DNA from: Lama guanicoe
Lineage: Eukaryota
Assembly: GCA_013239625.1 (NCBI GenBank)
Contig: MU053520.1
Span: 842,530 to 894,736 of the forward strand
Length of the DNA stretch: 52,207 bases
Direction of reading: 5' to 3'
Shown here: in pieces, positions 13,500 to 27,362 of the stretch
Layout of the letters: each line of letters opens with the position of its first letter
Numbering within the stretch: position 1 is the first letter of the stretch
The notes under the pieces: generated by a model
Told to the model about the DNA's origin: nothing
Database searches by the model: none
What the model saw: only the letters and a program-made list of their open reading frames with translations
Translations under genes and position numbers: made by a program

Positions 13500-14024
13500 C
13501 AAGAACAGAGGAGGTCCTTGCAACTTTCGCTCCACATGGAGTCAAATTTCAAATTTCAGGAGAGAGCTGGCTGCCCTGAGCAAAAAAGATGAATTTTTCT
13601 TTCGCGTGAGTGAAACAGTTCCCCAGTTAGAGAACATACTTCCAGCACCAGTGTAACTCATTTTGCTCAGAGATGCCAGTACACTCTCTGTGTTCCTCAG
13701 CTACAAGCAAGGGAGGGGCAGCCGAAATCCATGGGGTCCACAGGGGTACGTGAAGAGGATGGTCAGGCAGGGATGGCCACCCTGCCAGATCCCACCTCGG
13801 AACCACGTGACCCAAAGCAAAGCATCACAAGTCCCACCTATTTATTATTTTTAATTTCTATGAATTAAAAATACCAGTTGTTGACAGTTTTGGACAATAT
13901 TGAGACCGAAGTAAATATCATTCTGTGGTCTTCTCTTAAACTTGTCAGGGTACACTATATTTTCTTCCGTTCCTTTCCATAACAGATGTGACTTTGAATA
14001 CAACACTTAGGCCATAAACTGGAG

Positions 14025-14515
14025 ACAGTGTGGGGTGGCAAAAGCACATTGATTTCAGAGCTTTATGTAAACTGAAACCCAGCCACTACTAGCAGTGAAG
14101 AATTATTGTCTTTAAGCCTTAAATTTCTCATCAGTTAAATTAAGATAACAATGCCTCAGGGAGTTATAAAGTCATTTTAAGAATTAAATATACATAATAT
14201 ATGGTATATATGCAATTTTATACAAAATATGTATATATTTTACACAATATATTTGTGTATATATGTAAATAATAATTTACATAGATATGTAAATATATGC
14301 ATGCAAATAGACGTGTATATGTATGTGTGTGACTGTATACATACATTATGTGTGTATGTGTGTGTTTGTGTGTATATATATATATAGAGAGAGAGAGAGT
14401 GAGAGAAAGAGAGAGAGAGTCCTAGAGAGATGAAGAAAATGAGAAAGATACTGAAGAACTTAGCCCAGGATCTGGCACACAGTAAAATCTCAATTAATAA
14501 TATTTATCACTATTA
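14025..14515 (+). mobile_element. MIR split by an AT-rich/(TG)n(TA)n(GA)n microsatellite block (about 14190-14420)
   Basis: MIR core AAGCCTTAAATTTCTCATCAGTTAAA..GATAACAAT upstream; MIR tail CTGGCACACAGTAAAATCTCAATTAA downstream. Confidence 0.6.
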
Positions 14516-14519
14516 GTTC

Positions 14520-14870
14520 TAGCATGCATTTATTTACTCATTGTCCATTCACAAATATTTTTGAGTGGCACCTATATGATATGCTGCAGATAATATTGTA
14601 AACAATGTCACTGTACTCGAGAAGCTTATTGTGTATTTTAGAAAATAGGCACATGGCAAATTTAGAATAGTGCTTCCAAAGAGAAGAACAATGGTGCATA
14701 TAGGAGAATTATCTAATGCAATCTTAAAAGCTAGGGGAAATCTTATATGAGATGACATGCAAGTTATGAAACACACCCTGAAGCACACAAAGGGGATAAT
14801 TGGGAGGAATAGGGAAAATGAGGAGACAAGGTACAGAATTCTGTGTGGAAGGGACATTGAGGCAAAGAAA
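14520..14870 (-). mobile_element. LINE-2 fragment
   Basis: ATTTATTTACTCATT..CATTCACAAATATTTTTGAGTG is the reverse L2 3' end. Confidence 0.55.
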
Positions 14871-17584
14871 ATGACAATCAGATTTTTTATAGAGCTTTCA
14901 GTGGGTCACACACCATGCTAAGCAATTGACATATCTCATTTAAACCTGAGCCAATCATTGAATTGATACTCTGTCTACTTGACTCTAGCACGTAGGCTGC
15001 CCACCATGATGCCATAGTGTATTTGGTGCAGCACATCATGGGGTGGTAGCATAGAGTTGGACAAGGGGTAAGAATGCTGGGACGGGAAGGATGGAGGCAA
15101 CAGTGTCTTGAATGGCACTGCCAATGGGACTTCATGGAAGGGGGAAAAGTGCCTTAGATGTGTGGTTTGGAAAAGACATAAGGTGGCCTTGATGCATGGA
15201 ATTAGCTAGACTGAAGACAAACCTGGAAGAAGAGAGAACAATTAGATGGCTGTTGCTGTAAATTATGTGAGACAATGCTGCCCGAAACTAAGACAGTGAC
15301 AGAAATAAGAGTAATCTGTGAATCAAGAGGTTTCAACAGAAGCAGAATTGACAGAACATAAATAATGATTAAATGAGGGGAACAAGAAGTAAAAGAGGTC
15401 GGTGCAGAGCCCGAGCAACTGGGTAGAGTTACTGAGACAGGGAAAACAGGAGAAGCAACTTCAAAAGGCAAAACTGTGTAAGATGTAAAGTGCTTAGTAC
15501 ATTAGAGTCATCCAATACATAATAGATTATTTTTTTCTCTCATTCTATGTTTCTGATTCTTTTTGCCTATCATGTATATCCTGGGTCCAGTTTCACCATT
15601 CAACATTTTATCAAATACAGATGTGAATTACCTTCCCCAGCCAAGAAAAATCTTGTAGGAATCTTTTAAACAAAATCACTAAAGTAACAGATCTCTAATC
15701 ATTTTTATATGCAGTAATTTTTATAAGCACTTTTTATATGCACTAATGGTTCTTACACAAAAGAAAATGTCCCTAGTGTTTAAAATATAGCTATATTAGT
15801 TTTAACATTTCATATAAACACTTTTTCCAGCCACACGCAAGATTATAACATTAATGGTATATATACCTTGTGTGTTCCTGGTACATAATCTGTGCTCAAC
15901 GAATGCACGTTGAATAAATGATAGCTCTCAGATATGTTGACCAGGCAAGCTCCCAAAATCTATCTGTTTCCAACCAGAAGAGTTTACTTTTGGCTACTTG
16001 TCTGCAGAGTATTGAAAACCAAGACAAAGCGAAAGACAATATGAATTATTAAGTGCTCTCACATCTAAAATTCTGTGATTCTACTATGAGAAACATCAAG
16101 AATCATGTTTTCTTCTGGACATACAACACCACAGAATCATTTTTTTTCACAAGTGAGCCTAGGAAAAAGAAACTAAAAGACAGTCTGTAAATAAAGCCTG
16201 CAGATGGCTATAGATAAATCACAAGTCTTGGGTCATAAAAGGCAGAAAGATTCAATATCCTCTTCAGCTAGTTCAACTTTTCTCAGTCCTGAGCATCTTC
16301 AATGACTGTTTTTTTCTTGAAAATATGGCTTATTGAATTCTTGCTATTAGAGAGGTCGTATATATGAGTGTGACATACATTATCACACACTGTCCACACG
16401 GCACCCTACTGACATCAGTTACCATATTTTACATACCGAAAAAGCAAAACAAAACATCTGAAAGTTAGGGATCATAATTTTGCCAGTATTCAATTTTGAG
16501 AACTATGATTCTTGTACGTTTATTTTTTTTGATGGGCTCTGTGATATACTGCAAAAACCCCTAAACTTACTGTAAAATATCGGTGTCCTTGTTCCAATTC
16601 AAGTCATTTTTTTTTATAAAAGTCAATTTGTAGAGGTTTTCTCTGAGTTCCAACTTTCTTACCAGTAGGATGTGACAAATAACATCTACTCTGTTTACTT
16701 TAAAAGCTTACTAGGGAATCAGAAATGATATGGTATTTGTAACTGCTTTGTCAATAGTAAAGAAATACACATGCATTGAACAGTGACAGTGTTATTAGCT
16801 CACAGATTGAAGTTAACACTAAACTGTAATCTGAAATAATGGGATCTCTGCATGATTAAGAATTAGTAATGTTAAGTACAAGTTTTCTCCTAGTAATATT
16901 TTAAAACTTTCCTTACATATAAAATTATCAAAAATTGATTGTGCCTCATTAAAGCATCAAGCGGGTAATATAGTCCTTTCAGTCTATGGTAAATCATTGT
17001 AATGGCAAAATTTTATTGGTTTGATAGCAGTTATCTATTTAATTAACGAGACCAATAATTATAATGCAAAATAAAACCTGATAAAATTGAGAATGTTTTC
17101 TCCTATCTTATTTGAGACAGCTCTTTCATATAATATTATGTTCCAATGAAGTAGGAAAAAAAGCATAGCTCAAAGATTCTATTTACAATTTAGAAATATT
17201 CTAGGACAACTTCTTGCCATTCAATGTACTTTTGTTTTACTTTCAAATATTCTCTTTCTCAGAGGTAAATTTTCAATTTCAGGGAAATCAGAATTTGCTG
17301 GAAATATTTAATGAACCATCTACTATGTTTCTCTAACAGTTGGGACCATATATCATGCTACTTACAGTTAAAAACAGAGAGCTATGAGAATAATTTGATT
17401 ACCCACAGTCACACACATTTATACTCAATATACAAGCCTCTTATTCTGATTGAAAACATAATCCCTTTTAGAAAAGTCCAACACATTCACCTTGGTGAAA
17501 TAAAAATGGACAAATGGGCCCAAATCCAGATTGAGACCAAACCCTTTAATCTGTTTTTGTTTGTTTGTTTGTTTGTTTGTTTGT

Positions 17585-17780
17585 ATGTATTCTTTTAACA
17601 AGGTTTTTCTTACCACACCATAAATTCTTTCTCGGGTACCCTTTAAAAGCATGGGTGGGCATCTGTACTTATCCATTAAACCATGTTTGTTTTTAACAAG
17701 GTTTTTCTTACCACACCATAAATTCTTTCTCGGGTATCCTTTAAAAGCGTGGGTGGGCATCTGTACGTATCCATTAAACC
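17585..17780. repeat. Tandem duplication, period 98 nt, next to a (TTTG)n tract
   Basis: Cores 17593-17682 and 17691-17780 differ at 3 of 90 positions. Confidence 0.95.
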
Positions 17781-18234
17781 CACACACTTGCTCAAGTAAA
17801 CTTTAGTCATTGTTTCTCTATCATAATTAAGCAGACTTTTCATTATTTACCAGATAAACCAAAATGCATTTTCAAGAATATTTTACAGAGTAGAAATAAT
17901 TTTATCACCTTTGGAATGAGGCTTAACTGTAAAGTAGAAACATTTTTACTTAAGCACCAGAGAAGAATTAAGAGACTGGGTCCGACCTCTTTCTTTCTTT
18001 CTTTTTTTGCAGATGAGGAGTTGGAACTTCAGAGAAGTGATGTTTCTTGCACAAGATCGAATAAGTGTCAACACCTGAGCTGACAAATGAAGGTCTTTAC
18101 TCCAGGTCTGGGGCTCTTCCTGTTAAAGCTCTGTAGCTTGTCGGTCGTCTCCTCCCACACAGTGACCGTCTAATAGGAGAAACAGAAAATAAACAATAAA
18201 GTAAGCAAATGAATAGAGTAATCACAAAATACGG

Positions 18235-18446
18235 TAATAAAAAGCAGCATTTACCAAGTTCTTAGTGTGTGCCAGCCATTGCTCTAAGCACTTTTTTCAT
18301 TAATTTGTATGTATTCCTCATATACTCCTATGAGGTGGAGACCACTGGTAACTTTTATGGATGGAAAAACCTGAGGCAGAGAGAAGTGGAGTAACTTGTT
18401 CAAGGTCACAGACTAGGAAGCAGAGGAGTCAGGATTCAAACCCAAG
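18235..18446 (-). mobile_element. MIR
   Basis: GCATTTACCAAG..GTGCCAG..CTGAGGCAGAGAGAAGTGGAGTAACTTGTTCAAGGTCACA..GGATTCAAACCCA. Confidence 0.85.
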
Positions 18447-18499
18447 AAGAGACAAAGGTACACAGCTACTACATGGAAGACCAGATTAAGAAGGAGCCA

Positions 18500-18775
18500 G
18501 ACCCCAGTAAAGCAGGGTATGCAAAGTTCTTGAGTTATGAAAAAGCTGGGTGCCTCAGAAAACTGAGAGAAGACCGATGTGGCTGGAATATCATTTCTAA
18601 AAGGCAGGAAAGGTGACAGTAGATAACAAGGGCAAAGGGCAAATTATGCAGGACCTTGAATGCCATGCATAGAATGTTGAGTTTTTAAGCTGTGAAATGG
18701 AAAGCCATTGAATATTTTTAAAAGCATATTTATCTCATGCTCTGAACTACGCTTGTAAAGTTCACTCTGGCTAAA
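18500..18775 (-). mobile_element. LINE-2 fragment
   Basis: GTGGCTGGAAT..ATTATGCAGGACCTTGAATGCCATG..GGAAAGCCATTGAA..TCACTCTGGCT. Confidence 0.65.
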
Positions 18776-19784
18776 AAATCCATATCAAGATTTGACAATC
18801 ATTTCTTTCTTCATTTATCCATAAATTCATTTACTTAACAAAAAATTGCTAAATGCTGATTTTATCCCAGGATCTCACCCAAAATTTGCTATATCAGCAC
18901 TATTCCTTCTTCACCAAACTAAATATATATTCACAAAAAACAAATGGTTATATTTGGAGATTTCCCAATAATTCCTGAATCTTAGCAGCTTGCACAACAC
19001 TAGATACACATACTTGAAATACAAACTTATCAACTGGTTATCTCTATTAAGTCAACCAATTGTTTAAAAAAAATATTTTTTTTCCCCCGGAATCAACTGG
19101 TTATTTTGACATCATGTCCTTTTCCCTTAGAATTTTAGTCACAGCTTTGTAGTTCCAGGTAAGTGTACGTATATATATATATAAAATCTGCAAAATGGTA
19201 AATATACATTACTCTGACAAGCAGATACTAGGCTCCAGCATAAGTAGTGCTTATAATGTCATCTACAGAGATCAGACTGAAACTTAGCATAAAATCATTT
19301 TCACCTTGTATACTTAGCAAATAGGCAAAAGCAATCAAAAAGCATGAATACTCTGAAATATCATATATTTACCTCGTGGTATCCAACAGTTCAATTTAAC
19401 AAACATTTATCAAATATCTACTCCATGTAAGGTGCTATTCTAAAGCTCTGTGGGAGTTACAAAAGTAAATGGTGTGCCGTCATGCTTATAAATTTCGTTT
19501 AATGACGGAGGTCTTGATATCACGCAATTTGACTTCACGTTGTTAGACAGTAGTACCAAAGATTCGATTTTGCAGCAAACCTTTTGCAGAAAGCTAACAG
19601 CTTTCTGGGTAAAACTGCATTGTGTTTCATTTGTGGAAGCAGGAGCATCTTCAAACATTCAAAAGACTAAAAAAGAAATTTCAGTGGCCGCAAAGGTATC
19701 AAAGGATCATTCATCTTTTTTAGTCACAGAACCACAGATTCATAAAATCTCTGAAGAGAAAGGGACCTGCAGGGCATTCAGTCT

Positions 19785-19960
19785 GATGCTTTCTGAATTT
19801 ACAGTAACATAAAAATTACCCGGGGTGCTTTTTCATACTATAGATTCCCTGGCTCTGGCCACTAGAGGTTGATTCAGTAGGTCTGGGTGGGGCTAGGCAA
19901 TCTTACTTTGTGTAAGATTCCCAGATGATTCTGATACACAGCCAGGCTTGAGAACACAAA
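19785..19960. mobile_element. MER5-type hAT-Charlie DNA transposon
   Basis: TGATTCAGTAGGTCTGGGTGGGGC..CCCAGATGATTCTGAT..TTGAGAAC. Confidence 0.75.
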
Positions 19961-22478
19961 TCTAGCCCAATGCCTGAATCTGTTACTTAAATATGGTCTG
20001 TGCTATCTTTCCTAACAAGCTGTCATTTACCATTTAGTCTCTGCTTTAATATGCGTTAGAATAGGACTGTGACTCTTAGATGGCTGTAGTTATTACAATG
20101 TCATCCATAGACTTAGTAATAATATATCTATTATTATATTATATATATTGTACACATGCGTAGCTGTTCGTTAATATATCTCTAAAAACCATGCCATAAG
20201 CTGCATGAGGGCAGAGCCTAGGGCTATTTTCTTTGCTATTTCTTATCTAGCATTTAGCTCAGACTGTGACGTTTAGGAGACAGCCATTAAGGTTTTTTGA
20301 ATGCATATCTGATTGAATGAGGTCCTTCATTAGTTTGACCTGAAGTCTCTCTGTGAAAAATCCTTCTACTGTGCTACTTTTCACAGTTCCAGGAAACTTG
20401 ATAAATTCATACTCCAGAACCGTGTATACAAATGTGAATAAAGTGCACTCTTCCCTTCTCTCAAGGCCCTTAATTATTTACCTAGAAAAACAAATGCAGA
20501 AATGCAGATGCATCAAAAATGGTAAGTGCAGTGTCAAAAATAAGTGTGAAACAAAGGTGGGAATTAAGAGGAAGACAGTCAATTTAGTTGTGATCAAGGT
20601 AGTGGAAAGGGAGCATAGATGTCAAGGAATGCTTTTCAAGAGAAGAGATGCTGAGCTGAGTTCTGATTGCCCAGCACTGGAGTTACTACACATTCACATA
20701 TCTCAAATTGAGTAGAATAAATTATGCTCCTTTTCTATAGGGTAGCCCTCTATAGAAAGGTCTGTCTTGCAAATCTTTTCTAGGACAAATATCCAAGTTC
20801 CTACAATTATTTCTTATAATACTATAACATTTTGTTGTTTTTTATTCCATCGCAAATGAATTTAAATATACCCTGAATTGGAGAATCTAAGGAAGACTCT
20901 GAGGGCAAGGAACATGGCTTTCAAGTTAGAGGGCTACAGCTGAACTCCAAAGGCACCTGCTTTATTCATGAGTTAACATGATTTCTGTAGTTTCAGTGTG
21001 AGTTACAACCAGCATTGATATGTAGATCGTCAGCAGAGCCCAATCCTCCTCCTCCGGTATCCTAAATAAAACTGAAAGCTGCAAGATGACCAACACAAAT
21101 AGGTTTAAAGTTAGACAATGACAATTATTAGTCTTACCATCTTGGCTAACTTCATAGATTAACTTCCAAAATCAACAGATATATAGGAATCATATAAATA
21201 TCTCCAGGTACGCAACAGAAGGCAGATAGGTGCCATAGTAAAATGCTATTCTCATCTTAAGTTAATTTTCCCTTGCTTTCTAAAGGCATACACTTGGTAA
21301 GGTATCACTCTGCTCTTCAAAGGAAGAACAAAACAAAACAAAAACTTCTAAATTGAAAATGATGAATTCCATTTCTTCAGAGATATTTGGGAAAATCTAC
21401 CGAGCTCCTCTGAAGAACTAAATCAACCTCAGATTGCATCCATGTACTGAAAAAGTGCAGACCCCCAAAGTGAACAGAACAGCTGCTAGATGTCCATTAA
21501 AACCATGCAAGGAAGGCACTTATTTGATGCATTTCTCCCAGGAGGTTTGCATCCAAAATGAGGCTAGAAATCACATTCTCTCCTATAAAGTAACTCTGGC
21601 AGGCCACAACCTGGGGATATACTTGTAATTAATAAATGAAAATACTAAACTAATTTCCTGTGCTTACTTCCTCCCACACTACCTGATACTTATGACTTTT
21701 GATTAAAGGAGATTTGAAATGAAGCCATGATATGTCAGTTGTTTGTTAAGGCAGAGGCTTCATAGTAGGTACATAGAACAAAATGTGAAAACGCTAAGTT
21801 CCTTGAGGATAGGCTCCCTTTAGCACAGGACATAGCACATGGCAAGCATTTCCTATATACTTACTGCTTGGTTATAGTCAGTCAAAAAACATCATAGTGA
21901 CTTCTATCTCCAATGTGGAGGGACTGCTCATCCACCAGATAAATGACTATCCAGGCCATGGCCAAGAATGATGCCATCACTTGTACCTAGGTTTTCACAC
22001 TTTGATATATGCTGGATTTGTCTTATTACTAAAGATTCACCATGTTTTCTTAGGTGGACTGTTCCATTAGAATAAACCCCATAAAATGAGTGGGTTACAT
22101 ACACGGTATCTGAATTCTGAATTTTGTACTTGTAGATAAACAAAAGATATTGCTGCAAGTGAAGTTCCAGACTATCAAAACTGTAAAAGTACTGGATGAC
22201 TCTCTACAGATTATTGTTATGTTAACCTATGAGGACTTTTTTTTATATATATAGTTGCTGCTGAAAATGAATCTTCTCAGTTCCCCTGATCAAACAAACC
22301 CAACAAGTAATAGATACTGTTTCTCGGAACGATGTCTCAGTTTAATGCTCTTTTGCCTGATTATTATCAATAGGGTCTGAAAAACTTTTCCAGATACTCA
22401 GATTTAAGATGGGTACTGAAGCATTTATTCAAGGGGATGAGGAAGTAGAGAGAAGCCATTCTATTCAGAGGGCTGAAA

Positions 22479-22666
22479 AAGTAATTCTCCAAGTGTGATC
22501 CCAGAACGGTTAACATCAACTTCACTTGGGAATTTGTCAGACATGCAAATTCTCAGCCCCACACCTCACACTCACTGAACCAGAATCTCTGGGGTAGGGC
22601 CCAGCAATCTGTGTTCTAACAAGCTCTGTAGGTGAATTTCACATACCATAATATTGAAAACCACTG
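22479..22666. mobile_element. MER5A-type hAT-Charlie DNA transposon
   Basis: AGTAATTCTCCAAGTGTG..ATGCAAATTCTCAGCCCCAC..CAGAATCTCTGGGGTAGGGCCCAGCAATCTGTGTT..TTGAAAACCACTG. Confidence 0.85.
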
Positions 22667-23181
22667 GGCTAGGCAGTAATAATTTGAAAGAAATGCTTTG
22701 TTTCCAGAACCTCAAGTTCCTCAGTCTGGCTCAGCTTTAGACCAAGTGTGGACAGTGGGAAAGTTTGGGGATGAAAAAGTAGGTGAGATGGCAAAGTGCA
22801 TGATGAGATGTGCTTTTTTGTGGAATTTGTACTATATTAATTAGAATGATGCAGAGCTACTAAAATGTGTGTAAGCAGGAAATTAATAAGGAATTATCCA
22901 TTGAAATAACCCTAGAGGCAGTGTGAGAAATAGGCTGAGTTCCTGACTGAATGAGATTGCCCAAGGAAACATAATCATGATTGGTTGGGAGATTAAAAGA
23001 TGTCACAGTTCCATAAGACTTCTAGAGGCTGGGAAAGGAATACTTAACTCCAAATCAGGATGAGCTGAGGAGGTGGGAGAAGTCAAAGGTCTATTTCAGG
23101 CTTTTGTTAGTGGGTAGGTGTTGAAGCTACTAAAGGTAATTAAAAACACCTAAGAGGTGTCTCTCTCTTTCTTTTCCACTC

Positions 23182-23227
<46 letters not shown>
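23182..23227. repeat. Compound microsatellite (GT)n(AT)n
   Basis: Direct reading of the sequence. Confidence 0.95.
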
Positions 23228-23388
23228 TACCTCCAACTAAAAACATTAAACTGTAGGAACAAATGAGATATCTTAAGGAAACTATATAAGAGAGAAGAGA
23301 ATGGAGGAGGGAAAAAGATCCTGAAATAGCTAAAAAAGACCTTTATGGATATGTTGGATAGTAAAATAAACTTTAGTCTCAGATTTTT

Positions 23389-23436
23389 TTCTTTTTTTTT
23401 TAAACTTTTTTTTTATTGAGTTACAGTCATTTTCAA
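23389..23436 (-). mobile_element. Extremely truncated L1 3' end (about 48 nt)
   Basis: Poly(T)-AACTTTTTTTTTATTGAGTTACAGTCATTTT matches the L1 end starting near 48871. TSD TCTC(A/T)GATTTTT at 23377-23388 and 23437-23448. Confidence 0.75.
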
Positions 23437-24829
23437 TCTCTGATTTTTGCACTATTGCCACAGACCAAGTCATCTACAAAATTATTGGCTTTGTCATAAA
23501 AATAAGTTTTAACTGGGAAAAGTTGGAATTTACATAATTTTGAAAGAGGCCAAGCTTTTTCAAAGGTTAAGATAAAAATTAAAAAAAAAAACTGTAAGTA
23601 CTCTAAAGCCACAATGCTTTCAAAAATATAATTTAACTTAATAAAAAAAAAAAGGATTAAAAACATTTACCTAATGCCCTTGAACCTAAGGAAAAAAACT
23701 GATTTAAAGCACAATTTTTATATATTGATAATGTGGCAAATAAAACATTAATAATTATAAAGACACAACTAGGTAAAGCCTCTTCTCCCATCCCTCCACT
23801 GGTACTCAACATCCCTCTGTAGCAAGCACTGCCTACTAACCCAGCTTTGCCAATAATCACCCCCCCCACACACACACCTTCTTTTCAAAAGCTGAGCTTT
23901 ATTAAATTTATTTAAAAGAGGAACTTTCCATTTAAAAGAAGTCAGTTTATGATAAAAACTTATTTCCACATGTTACTCCATCCTAGAAGAGTCTTGAGGA
24001 CATCATGATACTTCATGCTACTGTGGCTCTGTCAGAGCAGTTACCCCCAGACTCATAGCCCAAAAGACAATGTGGTCCTTGGGGGAAAAGAAAGTTCAAC
24101 ACGAAGAGTCACCTTAATCCTCATGCAGCTAATGTAATTGTTGATTTTTGCAGATAATCCTACAGAAAAAAAAAAAAAGGTGCAATCTTACCAGAATATA
24201 TTGCCTCTGACCATCTTAGCTGCCTTCCCATCTCCCAACCCCTATGCCCACAACAACTTCTGAAGGACATGTACACACATTTTAGGGTATAAGATGAATT
24301 ATCTCTCTGCACCAAATGTCCTTCCTCTCCAAATTATGGATAATGAGGCCAGAAGTGTAATTACTGAAGGAGTTTGGAACCGTAATTACTGAAATAATCT
24401 CAAAAATAGTGAGGACTGCAGTGAGTACAACAGCTCACTTTATAGCTGTCAGAGCCACTTGGAATGTGATAAACATCTTATGTTTACAAACCCAGATGCC
24501 GCAACAAAGGAATTCCATATTAGCAAATTACCACAAGAACCTGTTAGAGTCAACTCGTTTTGATTTTATAATGAGAAATCCCATTAAGCAGGAAAAACTT
24601 TAAGTTGTGACTTAAAGTTTAAGGGAACATTCACTGATTCTCAAACTAAAGCACTTAGCTTTGAGATTGCAGGTCAAGACTGCAGGGGAGAACGGATGTT
24701 TCTAAAACGTAAGCACAAATGTCACGTAACATACACCCCACTGCCAACTCTGCTCCCTAAACTCTCAGTGGCTGAGAGCAATCTCTCTATTCCAGCTTCC
24801 TTTGCACCTAAGACCACAAATGAAGTGAT

Positions 24830-24930
24830 TTTTCCCCGCCGCCTCTCACCTAGGCCCCGCCCTAGGCTCTGCGCCCCTCCTCCCCATCCCTTTGTGACGC
24901 GAGCGGCCCCAGGCCAAGCCCTACTGCTCA
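24830..24930 (+). promoter_or_regulatory. Probable TATA-less KIF2B promoter at the 5' edge of a CpG-rich region
   Basis: GC box CCCCGCCC at 24855-24862, a second CCCCGCC at 24834-24840, and CRE half-site TGACG at 24895-24899. GC/CpG content rises abruptly about 220 nt before the ATG. Confidence 0.6.
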
Positions 24931-25827
24931 CAAAGGTAGATGCAAACCAGGAGCTCACTCAGTGCTCTGAGGGCTTCAGGCTGGCTTGGGCTCAGGTCCT
25001 TCTGCTCCAACCCCAAGGGACACTGGAGGCGAGCCCTGACACCTCCATCAATCACCATGGCAGGCCAGTTAAGCTTCCCAGTCTCCCCGCGCCTCTCGTC
25101 CACGAAGCCGTTGAAATCACACTTCGGAAACGTCCAAGTGGGTATCTGTGTGGCGATCCAGCGCAGCGACAGGCGGATCCACCTCGCCGTGGTCACCGAG
25201 ATCAAAAGAGAACACAAGTGGGTCACGGTAGAGTGGGTCGAAAAAGGAGTCAAAAAAGGCAAGAAGATTGATCTAGAGACCATATTCCTGCTGAATCCAG
25301 CCCTGGCCTCTGCCGAGCACCCTACTATGGGAAGGTCATTGTCACCCTTGTCTCTAGCGCCCTCTTCGGCCATCGGGGACCAGCGCAGGGCTACACGGTG
25401 GATTGCCACGACTCCCCAGAAAAATGAAACACCCTCAGGGGACAGCCTGGCCGTGAGGGTTCCCAGCAATCCTTGCCTGATGAAGCTGAAAAAGTCTCCC
25501 TGCCTGCGGGCAATCGAGAAACTGCAAAAGCAGCGGGAGAAGCGCAGACGGCTGCAGCTGGAAATCAGAGCCCAGCGCGCCCTGAACGTCAACGCAGGGA
25601 ACCCCAACCACGAGATCCGGTGCATGATCGAGGAGTACCGCAGGCGCCTGGACAGCAGCCGGATGTCGGGCCTGGAGCCACGGGAGGACCACCGGATCTG
25701 TGTCTGCGTGAGGAAGCGCCCTCTCAACCAGCGGGAGACCACCATGATGGACCTGGACATCATCACCATCCCCTCGGACAACGTGGTCATGGTGCACGAG
25801 TCCAAGCAAAAGGTGGACCTCACTCGC

Positions 25828-25830
25828 TAG
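25828..25830 (+). other. KIF2B: Premature in-frame stop (TAG) at codon 258, replacing the Tyr of KVDLTRYL
   Basis: CTC ACT CGC TAG TTG GAC AAC CAG ACC TTC = LTR*LDNQTF. The frame continues unchanged after the stop. Confidence 0.95.
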
Positions 25831-26738
<908 letters not shown>

Positions 26739-27295
26739 CTCAACACTTTAAGATATGCAAATAGAGTAAAAGAATTAACTCTAAATTTAAAGCCCCACCA
26801 TCGCTGTCTTTATCCTGCAGAACGTGAGATGCCAAGGATGCTGGAAAATCACATTAGAAATTCAGAAATATCCCTTCAGAGGGATGCATTTATTCAGATA
26901 CCTTGTACACAGAGGGAGGAGGAGGAGGAGCCCAAAAAGATGGAAGCATTTTCCTCTCCATTAATGGAGGATGTAATAATTTCCTGGAAGGAATCAAGCC
27001 AAAGGCCGGGCAGTAACATTCAGGAGACAGCTGACGGGGTAAACTGCGATGTCGAGTTTTGCATTGCCCAGTTATTGTCCATTTTGGAGCAGAAAATAGG
27101 TATTCTGACCGGGATTCAAAAGCATCTAAAATTATTACAAGCTAACCTTCAAAAGAAGAGTAAGTATAGTGAAGCCAATGGCAGATCAGATCCGAAATGA
27201 TGGATGCAGTGCTGCAATTCCCACCTCTCTTATAAAGGAAAATTGTCTGAATTGTCTAGATGAAAGGTCCTCCTGGAAAGCTTAAAATCTGTTAA

Positions 27296-27354
27296 AATAT
27301 ACTTGTCAAAAATGTCCTCTTTCTTCCTCCATATTTCTGTGGTTTGTTTTTATT
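27296..27354 (+). terminator. Possible non-canonical polyadenylation signal of KIF2B
   Basis: AATATA at 27296-27301 followed by a GU/U-rich tract at 27334-27354. No AATAAA between the stop and the MER20. Confidence 0.3.
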
Positions 27355-27362
27355 CTGTAGGA

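Noticed and set aside
13125..13656. ORFs spanning N runs (also 36622-36946)
   Set aside because: Artefacts of translating assembly gaps.
17585..17780. CRISPR-like or minisatellite array
   Set aside because: Only two adjacent copies with no spacers, in mammalian DNA.
24357..24393. 12-nt direct repeat GTAATTACTGAA separated by 13 nt
   Set aside because: Too short to interpret; compatible with a small slippage event or chance.
162..24603. Numerous 60-120 aa ORFs outside KIF2B
   Set aside because: Random open frames or repeat-derived; no exon structure or recognisable domains apart from L1 remnants.
24696..25271. 191-aa plus-strand ORF overlapping the promoter and KIF2B 5' end
   Set aside because: Starts upstream of the probable promoter, Pro/Arg-rich from GC content, no homology recognised.
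25810..25830. The TAG acting as a splice acceptor that skips the stop
   Set aside because: The nearest donor (AAG|GTGGAC at 25813) gives an 18-nt intron, too short; farther donors would delete the KVD finger and motor start.
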